A DNA stretch of 64,000 bases, taken from NCBI GenBank assembly GCA_900545935.1, contig URAP01000004.1, positions 13,808 to 77,807 on the forward strand, read 5' to 3'. Origin of the DNA: an uncultured Eubacteriales bacterium (lineage in GTDB: Bacteria > Bacillota > Clostridia > Oscillospirales > CAG-272). Each line of letters starts with the position of its first letter. Position 1 is the first letter of the stretch. Below, piece after piece: positions 8,581-17,388 of the stretch. A program made the position numbers and the translations under genes. The notes beneath the pieces were generated by a model that saw only the letters and a list, made by a program, of their open reading frames with translations, was not told the DNA's origin and made no database searches.

Positions 8581-9954
8581 ATGGCGGTTGAAAATAAGCG
8601 TGAGCGTGTGCCGAAGCGGGTGCTTTCGGCGCTTGTCAGCTCGGTAGCCGCAGGAGTCGTTCCGAGAGTCGGCGCGCCCTATATAGCCATCGGAAGGGCA
8701 GATGAGCTTGAGGCGCTGCTCTCCGATCTCGAAACTATAAGTGAGGGCGGCTCGGCTATGCGCTTTATCATAGGCAGATACGGAAGCGGAAAGAGCTTTC
8801 TCATGCAGCTGCTGCGCGGGTATGCCTGCGAGCGCGGCTTTGTTACGGCGGATGCCGACCTCTCGCCCGAGCGCAGAATATGCGGCGGCGCGGGCACCGG
8901 TATTGCAACCTACCGTGAATTGATAAAGAACCTCGCATGCAAGACCTCGCCGGACGGCGGTGCGCTGCCGGTAATGATCGCGCGTTGGCTTTCCGATGTT
9001 CAGAGTGCGCTCGTTGCGGACGGCTATGCATACGGCAGCGAGGATTTCTCGGAGGAGATGTCGCGTAGAATACTCACTACATCGCGCGAGCTTCAGGGAT
9101 ATGTCGGCGGCTTTGATTTTTCCGCCGTAATAATGACCTATTACCGTGCCGTTCAGAACGGCGACGACGATATGCAGAGCCGCTGCATGAAGTGGCTGCG
9201 CGGAGAATACCGCACAAAGACCGAGGCTAAGCGCGAGCTGCCGATCGGCGATATTATCGGCGACGATAATTGGCAGGACATGATAAAGCTGCTCGCGGTC
9301 TTTGCGCGAAAGACGGGCTATCGCGGACTTGTCGTGTTCATCGACGAATGCGTAAATCTGTATAAGATACCGAACCGCATCTCGCGCGAGAATAACTACG
9401 AAAAGCTGCTCTCGCTCTTCAACGACACCATGCAGGGGCGCTCGGAGGGGCTCGGGTGGATATTCGGCGGAACGCCGCAGTTTCTCGAGGACCCGCGCCG
9501 AGGGCTGTTCTCATATGAGGCGCTGCGCAGCAGACTGTGCGACAGCCGCTACGATTCGCCAGAGTATAAGAATCTGCTCAGTCCCGTTATCAGGCTGCGC
9601 CGTCTATCGGATAACGAGCTGCTCGCACTGCTTGCCCGCATGACCGAGCTGCATGCGCAGTACTACGGGTGGGAGCCGCCGGTAACGCCGGAAAATATCG
9701 AGAGCTTTCTCTCCCGCTGTCTCGAGCGTGCGGGCGCGGACACGCTGCTTACCCCTCGCGAGCTTCTGCGCGATTATATGGCGGTGCTCGGCATACTGAT
9801 GCAGAATCCCGATGCGACCTTTGACGGCGTTGTAGGCTCATCCGGCGTTGCACTCGGCGCGCCTGCCGAGCCGTCTGCGGAAGCCGACGGCGAAAAAATA
9901 CAAAAATCCGTACGTTCCGGCGCAGAAATTACGGCGGAAGATATTGACCTTTGA
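8581..9954 (+). CDS. P-loop ATPase of the DUF2791 / BREX-type ATP-binding family
   Basis: 457 aa with Walker A in FIIGRYGSGKSFLMQLLRGY and Walker B-like LVVFIDECVNL. It is translationally coupled to the TerB gene (TGAATG junction). Confidence 0.8.
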   Translation: MAVENKRERVPKRVLSALVSSVAAGVVPRVGAPYIAIGRADELEALLSDLETISEGGSAMRFIIGRYGSGKSFLMQLLRGYACERGFVTADADLSPERRICGGAGTGIATYRELIKNLACKTSPDGGALPVMIARWLSDVQSALVADGYAYGSEDFSEEMSRRILTTSRELQGYVGGFDFSAVIMTYYRAVQNGDDDMQSRCMKWLRGEYRTKTEAKRELPIGDIIGDDNWQDMIKLLAVFARKTGYRGLVVFIDECVNLYKIPNRISRENNYEKLLSLFNDTMQGRSEGLGWIFGGTPQFLEDPRRGLFSYEALRSRLCDSRYDSPEYKNLLSPVIRLRRLSDNELLALLARMTELHAQYYGWEPPVTPENIESFLSRCLERAGADTLLTPRELLRDYMAVLGILMQNPDATFDGVVGSSGVALGAPAEPSAEADGEKIQKSVRSGAEITAEDIDL

Positions 9955-10016
9955 GCCGGAATATTTTATAATATACAGTAATGCCGCCGTGCGCGGCTGA
10001 GAAAGGATATCAGACC

Positions 10017-12659
10017 ATGAAATGGACCTCACTTAACGACCTTCGCGAGATGTATCTCTCATTTTTCGAGTCAAAGGGACATCTCCGTCACAAGAGCTAT
10101 CCGCTCGTACCTATCGACGACAAGTCCATACTGCTCATCAATGCGGGTATGACCCCGCTGAAAAAATACTTCACCGGTGAGGTGGAGCCTCCGCGCCACC
10201 GCATGACCACCTGTCAGAAGTGCATCCGTACCCCGGATATCGAGCGTGTCGGTATCACCGCGCGCCACGGTACATATTTCGAGATGCTCGGAAACTTCTC
10301 GTTCGGAGATTATTTTAAGAACGAGGCTATTCCGTGGGCATGGGAATTCTGCACGAAGGTGCTTGAGCTGCCAGAGGACAAGCTGTGGGTGACCATATAT
10401 CTCGACGACGACGAGGCATACGACATTTGGCACAACAAGATAGGCGTTCCCGCCGAGCGCATCGTCCGCCTCGGTAAGGAGGATAACTTCTGGGAGCACG
10501 GCAGCGGTCCATGCGGTCCTTGCTCAGAGATACATTTTGATCGCGGCGAGAAGTACGGCTGCGGAAAGCCCGACTGCAAGCCCGGCTGTGACTGCGACCG
10601 CTTTATGGAGTTCTGGAACCTCGTATTCACGCAGTTCGACGGCGACGGAAAGGGCGGCTATACCCGTCTTGCAAACCCGAACATCGACACTGGTATGGGA
10701 CTCGAGCGTCTTGCATGTCTTATGCAGGGCGTTGACAATCTGTTCGAGGTCGACACCGTCCGCAATATCATGCTTGCTGTCAGCGAAAAGGCGAATGTCA
10801 AGTACGGCGAGGACGAGAAGAAGGATATTTCGCTCCGCGTCATCACCGACCATATAAGAAGCACGACCTTCCTTATCTGTGACGGCGTTGTTCCCTCGAA
10901 CGAGGGCAGGGGCTACGTGCTACGCCGTCTGCTCCGCCGCGCCGCACGTCACGGCAGACTGCTCGGTATCAAGGGCACATTCCTTGCCGACATCGTTCCC
11001 GTCGTAGCGCGTGAGAATTTCAGCGAGTATCCCGAGCTGACCGAAAAGCTCGATTACATCAAAAAGGTCGTTGCCATCGAGGAGGAGCGCTTTGCCGCTA
11101 CCATCGACAGCGGGCTTGATATTCTTGATTCGATGATAAAGGAGACCAAGGCTGCCGGCGCGGACACGCTTCCCGGAGAGGATGTATTCAAGCTCAGCGA
11201 TACATTCGGCTTTCCCGTAGACCTTACTCGCGAGATAGCGCTTGAGGCGGGACTCGGAATAGACGAGGAGGGCTTTGAGGCGCTGCTCGCAGAGCAGAAA
11301 AAGCGCGCAAGAGCCGCACGCGCCGCAATGGGCGATCTCGGCTGGACAAGCGACGCTATTCCCGCACTCGGAAGGCTTCCGGCTACCGAGTTTACCGGAT
11401 ATACCGAGACCGAGAGCGAGGCACACGTGCTTGCGCTTATCGACGCAGAGACGACCGAGGAGCTGCCCGACGCATCGGACGGCAAGGTAATGTTAGTTCT
11501 CGACCGTACTCCTTTCTACGGAGAGGGCGGCGGTCAGGTCGGCGACACGGGTATTATCGAATGCGCGGGACGCAGCATTCCCGTCGTCGATACAAAGAAG
11601 AACAGTGGCATCTATATGCATATCTGCGAGCTTGACGGCACACCCGTTTCGGTCGGCGATACCGTTACGGCACGCATAGACGCGGTTCGCCGCGAGGCTA
11701 TCCGCCGCAATCACTCCGCCGCGCATCTGCTTCAGGCGGCACTGCGCACCGTTCTCGGCGACCATGTCGAGCAGGCAGGCTCTTATGTGGACGCGGAGCG
11801 CGTGAGATTCGACTTTAAGCACTACTCGGCTATGACCGAGGAGGAGCTTGCCCGCGTTGAGGCTCTTGTAAACGAGGAGATACTGCGCGGCGAGGAGATA
11901 GTTACCGTCGAGACCGATGTCGAGACCGCAAGGAAGGACGGCGCTACCGCACTCTTCGGCGAAAAGTACGGCAGCGTTGTCCGCATGGTAAAGATGGGCG
12001 ATTTCTCGACCGAGCTGTGCGGTGGTACACATGCGTCGAACACAGCAAAGCTCGGACTCTTCAAGATAATCTCAGAGACCGGAATCGCCGCAGGCGTTCG
12101 CCGTATCGAGGGTACGACCGGGCTCGGCGTGCTTGCGCTGCTCTCGGAGCGTGACACGCTAATCTCCGAGACCGCAAAGGAGCTTAAGGCGGCAAATGTT
12201 CACGACATCGCCCGCCGTGCAGCGGCGCTCCAGACCGAGCTCCGCAGCGCAAAGCGCGAGACCGAGGTGCTCAACTCTCGCATCGCCGCCATGCAGACCG
12301 AGGCTATTCTCGGCAGCGCGGTAGAGGTAGGTGCGGTCAAGGTAGTGACCAAGCAGACGAGCGGCAGCGGCGTTGATACCGCAAGAGCTATCTGTGACGA
12401 GATAAAGGCATCGCACGACGACTATGTTGTCGTTATCTCCACCGATTGCGACGGAAAGCTCAACTTTATCTGCGCATGCGGTAAGGCTGCCGTTGCGGCA
12501 GGCGCAAATGCCGGAGCTATCCTCCGCGAGATAAGCGCTATTGCAGGCGGTAAGGGCGGCGGACGTCCCGATTCCGCTACCTCCGGCGCAAAGGATGCGG
12601 ATAAGATCCCCGCAGCACTTGCAGCAGTTGCGGATACCGTACGCGGGATGCTTAAGTAA
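10017..12659 (+). CDS. alaS: alanine--tRNA ligase
   Basis: I place the start at MKWTSLNDLREMYLSFFESKGH (the track ORF starts 36 nt earlier). It has class II motifs, FEMLGNFSFGDYFK, and the editing-domain HSAAHLL and CGGTH motifs. Confidence 0.97.
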   Translation: MKWTSLNDLREMYLSFFESKGHLRHKSYPLVPIDDKSILLINAGMTPLKKYFTGEVEPPRHRMTTCQKCIRTPDIERVGITARHGTYFEMLGNFSFGDYFKNEAIPWAWEFCTKVLELPEDKLWVTIYLDDDEAYDIWHNKIGVPAERIVRLGKEDNFWEHGSGPCGPCSEIHFDRGEKYGCGKPDCKPGCDCDRFMEFWNLVFTQFDGDGKGGYTRLANPNIDTGMGLERLACLMQGVDNLFEVDTVRNIMLAVSEKANVKYGEDEKKDISLRVITDHIRSTTFLICDGVVPSNEGRGYVLRRLLRRAARHGRLLGIKGTFLADIVPVVARENFSEYPELTEKLDYIKKVVAIEEERFAATIDSGLDILDSMIKETKAAGADTLPGEDVFKLSDTFGFPVDLTREIALEAGLGIDEEGFEALLAEQKKRARAARAAMGDLGWTSDAIPALGRLPATEFTGYTETESEAHVLALIDAETTEELPDASDGKVMLVLDRTPFYGEGGGQVGDTGIIECAGRSIPVVDTKKNSGIYMHICELDGTPVSVGDTVTARIDAVRREAIRRNHSAAHLLQAALRTVLGDHVEQAGSYVDAERVRFDFKHYSAMTEEELARVEALVNEEILRGEEIVTVETDVETARKDGATALFGEKYGSVVRMVKMGDFSTELCGGTHASNTAKLGLFKIISETGIAAGVRRIEGTTGLGVLALLSERDTLISETAKELKAANVHDIARRAAALQTELRSAKRETEVLNSRIAAMQTEAILGSAVEVGAVKVVTKQTSGSGVDTARAICDEIKASHDDYVVVISTDCDGKLNFICACGKAAVAAGANAGAILREISAIAGGKGGGRPDSATSGAKDADKIPAALAAVADTVRGMLK

Positions 12660-12788
12660 TATCGTGCTCGGAATGCGTAGGCAATATCGCATGCGGATGA
12701 CAGTCGATAATGCTCGGCATGTTTTCGGCGATATTGCCCGCAGAAAGCCTATAATATTTCCGTTAATTATGCTGCCGGCGGCGTAAAA

Positions 12789-12823
12789 CAGCGGCACCGT
12801 GCTTTTTCGCGGTGCCGCTGTTT
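12789..12823 (+). terminator. terminator candidate downstream of alaS
   Basis: An 11-bp stem (cagcggcaccg / cggtgccgctg) followed by only a short T tract (tttcgg). Confidence 0.55.
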
Positions 12824-13001
12824 CGGTGTACGGTTGATTTATTCTACCGTGAGTTGATATCGCGCAGCCGACGCAATATTTATCGGAATTATTCGGCGCG
12901 GTATTGCGTTTTTTACGCACTCATGATAAAATATCTTCAGTCGCAGAGCACGTTCCGTGTCGCGTACGGAAGCGGTCGGTCTGCTTGCGGAGAGGTGTTT
13001 T

Positions 13002-13820
13002 ATGGAGAAAATTGTCGAATATATCACGAGCGCACGCGCCATATCGAGCGTTATCGCCGTCGGCGTTGGCGTGCTGCTCTTCTTTCTGCTGAAAAAGCTG
13101 TATACGCGCTATATCGCTTCCGATCGTTCAAAGGGTCAGCATGCGACATTTGTGCGTGTCGCGTTCAGCGTCGCCCGCTTTATGCTCATAGCCATCACCG
13201 TGCTCTGGGTGCTGCAGCTCAACGGAGTGAACGTCAGCTCGGCGGTCGCCGGACTCGGACTGCTGAGCGCCATCATCGGTCTTGCGATACAGGACGTGCT
13301 GAAGGATGTCATAATGGGTATTCATATTATGAGCGACCATTTCTTTGCAGTCGGCGATGTTGTGCGGTATAAGGATATTGAGAGCGTAGTTGTCGGCTTT
13401 ACGATGAAAACAACCACCCTGCGCAGTACTGTCGATAATACCATTATTACCGTTTGCAACCGTAATATTTCGGAAATTACGAGATTGCCGAAGCTGCTTA
13501 TGATAGATATTGATGTTCCGCTGTCCTACGACGAGGATTTTAATCACGTTGATGAGGTAATGCGCGGCATCAGCGAGCGTATAGGTCTGCTCAGCGGCGT
13601 AAAAAAGAGCAGCTATAAAGGCACTCAGGAGTTTGAGGCTTCCGCTGTCGTCTATCGTTTGCGCTTCTTCTGCCCGCCGGAGGATAAGTACGAGCGCCGC
13701 CGCGAAGCGCTGCGGCTGATACAGAGCGGGCTTGCCGAGGCTGGAATGCAGATACCTTACAATCAGCTCGATGTTCATACAGACGCGCCTGCGGTGCATA
13801 GGGATGCGGAGTATTATTGA
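13002..13820 (+). CDS. mechanosensitive ion channel, MscS family
   Basis: Start at MEKIVEY, after a GGAGAGG SD. TM helices are followed by LGLLSAIIGLAIQDVLKDVIMGIHIMSDHFFAVGDVVRY, typical of the MscS pore helix and beta domain. Confidence 0.85.
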   Translation: MEKIVEYITSARAISSVIAVGVGVLLFFLLKKLYTRYIASDRSKGQHATFVRVAFSVARFMLIAITVLWVLQLNGVNVSSAVAGLGLLSAIIGLAIQDVLKDVIMGIHIMSDHFFAVGDVVRYKDIESVVVGFTMKTTTLRSTVDNTIITVCNRNISEITRLPKLLMIDIDVPLSYDEDFNHVDEVMRGISERIGLLSGVKKSSYKGTQEFEASAVVYRLRFFCPPEDKYERRREALRLIQSGLAEAGMQIPYNQLDVHTDAPAVHRDAEYY

Positions 13821-13899
13821 TCTCATAGACTTTACTCGTCTATTCTGCTGTATAAGATTGGCATAGTGCCATGCAGCTATGCCGTAATTTAATAAAAAA

Positions 13900-13934
13900 T
13901 AAAAAGCAGGTCATTGGGGGCACTCACTTAACGA
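13900..13934. repeat. attL-like site (aaaaagcaggtcattgggggcactcacttaacgac)
   Basis: Matches the reverse complement of 28511-28545 at 26 of 35 positions by hand alignment. Seven of the nine mismatches fall in the central 8 nt. Confidence 0.55.
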
Positions 13935-13982
13935 CAGTTCAAATTAACTGGTTTTAGTGGCGTCTTCAAGCGGTGCCAACAG

Positions 13983-14024
13983 AAAGACCACATCTTTGGA
14001 GTAAAATCCTTGGATGTGGTCTTT
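13983..14024 (-). terminator. terminator of the six-gene defence operon (possibly bidirectional)
   Basis: A 12-bp stem (aaagaccacatc / gatgtggtcttt) lying 24 nt past the stop of the 811-aa gene, with T-rich tracts on both sides. Confidence 0.55.
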
Positions 14025-14047
14025 TGCACTAATAAGGTTTCAAATGA

Positions 14048-16483
14048 TCAAATATGAAGTTTTTCAAATAATTCATCAAACTCATTAAATGCCGTCATAA
14101 AAGCATCCATAATCTTGTCACCAATTTGCCATTCATCAGGATATGTCATATCCTCAGGATCATAGTGGTCAGCATCCGTTCTTCCTCCATTTAATTGATC
14201 CATATATACTCCAAACTGATCTTTCGACATAGATACATTCTGGATAGCAATCCCCAGTGTATTCCAATTGTTTCTTATTACTTTTTTAAGACTGGAGAAA
14301 TACATAATGAATTTCTTGTGATCAAAAAACTCCGTAAATTGGCAAGAGTTAATGTCAGGGATAGGCGTACATCTTGGATTAATTAATATTTGCGACCTGG
14401 AAAAACAGTTTTTCATAAATGCTATCCCTGCCACATCTCCACCGTTGTATGTAAAATACTGAATTATATACTTTTTTAGTTTTCGCTCACATAACTGTAC
14501 TTTGTCTTGTATATATTGTCTGCGTTCATCATTTGACATATCACTTGGTGATTTGGTTTCAGTTCTGCAAATATAGTTTTTTAATCCATAGATAGTGAAA
14601 TCTATAAAACAAGTTAAAGCGTCATATTCAATTAATCCGTATTTAATCAAATGATCAATAATACTAACATCATCGCTTTCTACCTTTTTATACTTTCCTG
14701 GAGTCAAAGCAAATTTTTTGAGCATTTCATGCTCTTCTTTATATATGCAAAGATGCTGAAGAATTGTTTTAAAAACTTGGCTTCCCTTTACTGAATTATT
14801 GAATTCAGATACCAACGCAGAAAAAGTTGGTTTCGATATTTCGTATACCTTGTCAGGGGAACGGTATTGTTTAATGTTGTCAAACATGAAAGCGCTAAAT
14901 TGTCGTATGGCATATGGCTGTCCGCCAAAAGTCCTATTTATATCAACATAGATTTCATTAAAGGCAACATTACTATAGCCGCCCAGTGTGTTTAACATAT
15001 ATTTTGTTTGCTCATCTGTAAAGATCGGTAAATATGTTTTTGAAAAATCAGCGCAATTATGAATTCGCTCATACATCGGATTATCGCAGGATGCACCTTT
15101 GTATTCAATGATACTTCGCTCGTTTATGGTCGAATTAACTCCACACACGATTAATGAACAGCCCGAATCTCGTAAAGCGCCCCAAAATCCTTTATAAGAA
15201 TCGAGACTTTGCCAAACTAGAGATGTAGCTGTATTATATGTTATCAATTCTATTTCATCAATGGCAAGAACGAAGTTTGGATAATCCCTTGTATAGAGCT
15301 TTACGTCTTCAACGAAACATTGAGTTGGGCGTTTTTCGTAATCGTCTTCTGTGCTAGCCAGTCTTAGCCTCTCCTGAAAGTCATGCCGAGATTCGCCATC
15401 ACCTTGTATAAATCCTGTGGTATCGATTCGAATATGCCTTGCAATATCAAACAGAGCGGTTTTCCAGGAGTCAACCGGTTCCAATTCGGAACGCGCTTCT
15501 ACGACAGAATACTTAATCTCGTCGTTGTCAAGTCTACGTGTTACAGCCCTCAGAACAGATGATTTTCCGCTTCTACGCAGCCCAAATATTCCAGAGTGCT
15601 TTCCTTCACGACATCTTTGAACAATAGAATCAGCAATTTTTCCACGGTCACCGAACAATAGTTGTTCGTCTTCTATGGGGTTTTCTTCCCCTAGCATATT
15701 GTTCTCAAAGAGGTATTCGCCAAATCTATCTAGAATTAATCTTTCAAGCTGACTATTGCTTTCACAATTAAGTATTTCTTCAAATGTAAACGGAATAATT
15801 GCTGCATCTGTTCCGCCTTTCATTTTATCAATTTCAGATTTAAGGTGTATTGCATTGCTTATCAGCATATAAAAATTTACTAACGGACGCCGTTCAGCAA
15901 TTTCCTTCCTCTTTCGAATGAAACTAATCGCCTTAACTGTATTCTGCTGCCATGAACGATTATCAAAGTGTGAAAATAGCAAAAGGAACTCATACATACC
16001 GTGTATATATGGCTTTAGGAACTCAGTTGCTCCAATCAAGCAAAACGGAAAAGAAGCTCCGCCAAATCCCATATCATGATGACCAACATGAGAAACATAA
16101 AGAACACTCTTTAATTTTTGAAGCACTTCATACTCGCCAGAATTCGGTTTTAGATGTTCTTCACGCATACGAACACGATCCATATTCCGATAGTATCCAG
16201 GTGTATAAAACTCTCTTAATGGGTGTTGTTCAGATGCTTTATCTGTATCGCCAGTGTTGTCTTTTTCAATTAATCGTACGCCTAACGCAGATGGCCTACC
16301 TTGCGCATCTGTGAAGGTAGAAGAGTATTCGACAGTATCCCCCATAAAAAAATCTGACATTTCCAAACCATCAGACAATGATCTACTGTCAAAATAGATT
16401 GATTGTCCATTGTCAAGTTTTATAAACCCATATTCTAGCCCGTTAGTTTTATTCGTTTTTATACAGTCTACTTTGCCTTTCAT
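14048..16483 (-). CDS. 811-aa protein: N-terminal cold-shock/OB-like domain, about 200-aa unassigned domain, Arch_ATPase/ORC-like P-loop NTPase, long helical C-terminus
   Basis: The N-terminus KGKVDCIKTNKTNGLEYGFIKLDNGQSIYFDSRSL...GDTVEYS resembles a CSD. Walker A is in GIFGLRRSGKSSVLRAV and Walker B in FVLAIDEIELI. The start lies 9 nt after the Mrr stop and has a GAGG SD. Confidence 0.8.
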   Translation of the reverse strand: MKGKVDCIKTNKTNGLEYGFIKLDNGQSIYFDSRSLSDGLEMSDFFMGDTVEYSSTFTDAQGRPSALGVRLIEKDNTGDTDKASEQHPLREFYTPGYYRNMDRVRMREEHLKPNSGEYEVLQKLKSVLYVSHVGHHDMGFGGASFPFCLIGATEFLKPYIHGMYEFLLLFSHFDNRSWQQNTVKAISFIRKRKEIAERRPLVNFYMLISNAIHLKSEIDKMKGGTDAAIIPFTFEEILNCESNSQLERLILDRFGEYLFENNMLGEENPIEDEQLLFGDRGKIADSIVQRCREGKHSGIFGLRRSGKSSVLRAVTRRLDNDEIKYSVVEARSELEPVDSWKTALFDIARHIRIDTTGFIQGDGESRHDFQERLRLASTEDDYEKRPTQCFVEDVKLYTRDYPNFVLAIDEIELITYNTATSLVWQSLDSYKGFWGALRDSGCSLIVCGVNSTINERSIIEYKGASCDNPMYERIHNCADFSKTYLPIFTDEQTKYMLNTLGGYSNVAFNEIYVDINRTFGGQPYAIRQFSAFMFDNIKQYRSPDKVYEISKPTFSALVSEFNNSVKGSQVFKTILQHLCIYKEEHEMLKKFALTPGKYKKVESDDVSIIDHLIKYGLIEYDALTCFIDFTIYGLKNYICRTETKSPSDMSNDERRQYIQDKVQLCERKLKKYIIQYFTYNGGDVAGIAFMKNCFSRSQILINPRCTPIPDINSCQFTEFFDHKKFIMYFSSLKKVIRNNWNTLGIAIQNVSMSKDQFGVYMDQLNGGRTDADHYDPEDMTYPDEWQIGDKIMDAFMTAFNEFDELFEKLHI

Positions 16484-16492
16484 TCTTTTACC

Positions 16493-17377
16493 TCAAACTC
16501 TCTCGAAGAAATCCTTATCGACTTCGTAAATTGTCCGTTCTTTCACGCCAAGTCCATATTCGATGAGCTTGCTGATGAATTCCTCGCCGTCAATAAGATC
16601 GATCTGCTGCTTTCCGGCATTTGATGCTTCTTCGCGGGCGGCCTTTGTAAAGCTGCCTGTGGTAATGAAAACCCCCTTCTCAATATCCGTTGTCAGCGAT
16701 CCACGGAAATCACGGATATCCCCTGCGCAAACGCTACCAGTATAGCGTTTGCATTGGAACGCCACGTTGAAGCTGAAAATGCCGTTGATACGCAGCTTGC
16801 CGGTTCCGTCAATCCCGCCATCGCTGGATTTTTTGGTAACGGTAACCTGGGAGAATCCGCATTCCCGGAGCAGTAGCATTGCCAGACGCTCGAAAGCATA
16901 AGGGTTCATGCTGTGCAGGGTTTCCGCCAGTTCCGCTCTCCAAGGTTCCGAATCCTCGATGGTATCGATACCGTCATTGGAGGGATCTCCGTCTTGGAGA
17001 ATCGTATCGACCTCCTTCTCGGTTTTGCCCTTCAGCTTCGTGACCTTGATATTTTCGGTCACTTCTTCCCGAGTTATGGATTTGCGTCCGGCATACTCCG
17101 GGGTGATCATCCATACGCCACGCTTGCTGTTGATGATAGCGCCGAGGTTTTTCAGCCTGGTACGCGCCCAGGCAAGCTGATACTCGAGTTCTGTCTGCTG
17201 TGACGCATTGCCCTTATGAGGCTCGTCAACCACATCATCGGAGAGTTTCAGCTTCTTTATGATATTATCGCGTATCTCGTCAATTGTAGCAGAACCGCCC
17301 AATTCGACTAGCACAGCAAACAACGGTTCCACCAACTCAAGCTGTGTGGGACTTTTGATTTTCTTTAATCTCGCCAT
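16493..17377 (-). CDS. Mrr-family restriction endonuclease (Mrr_N winged helix + Mrr_cat PD-(D/E)xK)
   Basis: 294 aa. The N-terminus is LFAVLVELGGSATIDEIRDNIIKKL...AWARTRLKNLGAIINSKRGVWMITPEY. The C-terminus is FERLAMLLLRECGF...SSDGGIDGTG...AFQCKRY...GVFITTGSFTKAA, the classic Mrr catalytic core. Confidence 0.85.
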   Translation of the reverse strand: MARLKKIKSPTQLELVEPLFAVLVELGGSATIDEIRDNIIKKLKLSDDVVDEPHKGNASQQTELEYQLAWARTRLKNLGAIINSKRGVWMITPEYAGRKSITREEVTENIKVTKLKGKTEKEVDTILQDGDPSNDGIDTIEDSEPWRAELAETLHSMNPYAFERLAMLLLRECGFSQVTVTKKSSDGGIDGTGKLRINGIFSFNVAFQCKRYTGSVCAGDIRDFRGSLTTDIEKGVFITTGSFTKAAREEASNAGKQQIDLIDGEEFISKLIEYGLGVKERTIYEVDKDFFERV

Positions 17378-17388
17378 ATTCGCCTCCG

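Noticed and set aside
9955-10016. Expected T-box leader upstream of alaS
   Set aside because: Only about 60 nt separate the DUF2791 gene from alaS. That is too short for a T-box, and no specifier or T-box sequence is seen. alaS may be read through from upstream or from a short promoter.
12159-12920. 253-aa minus-strand ORF spanning the alaS 3' end and the intergenic region
   Set aside because: It overlaps alaS antisense and crosses the alaS terminator. There is no SD sequence and no recognisable family.
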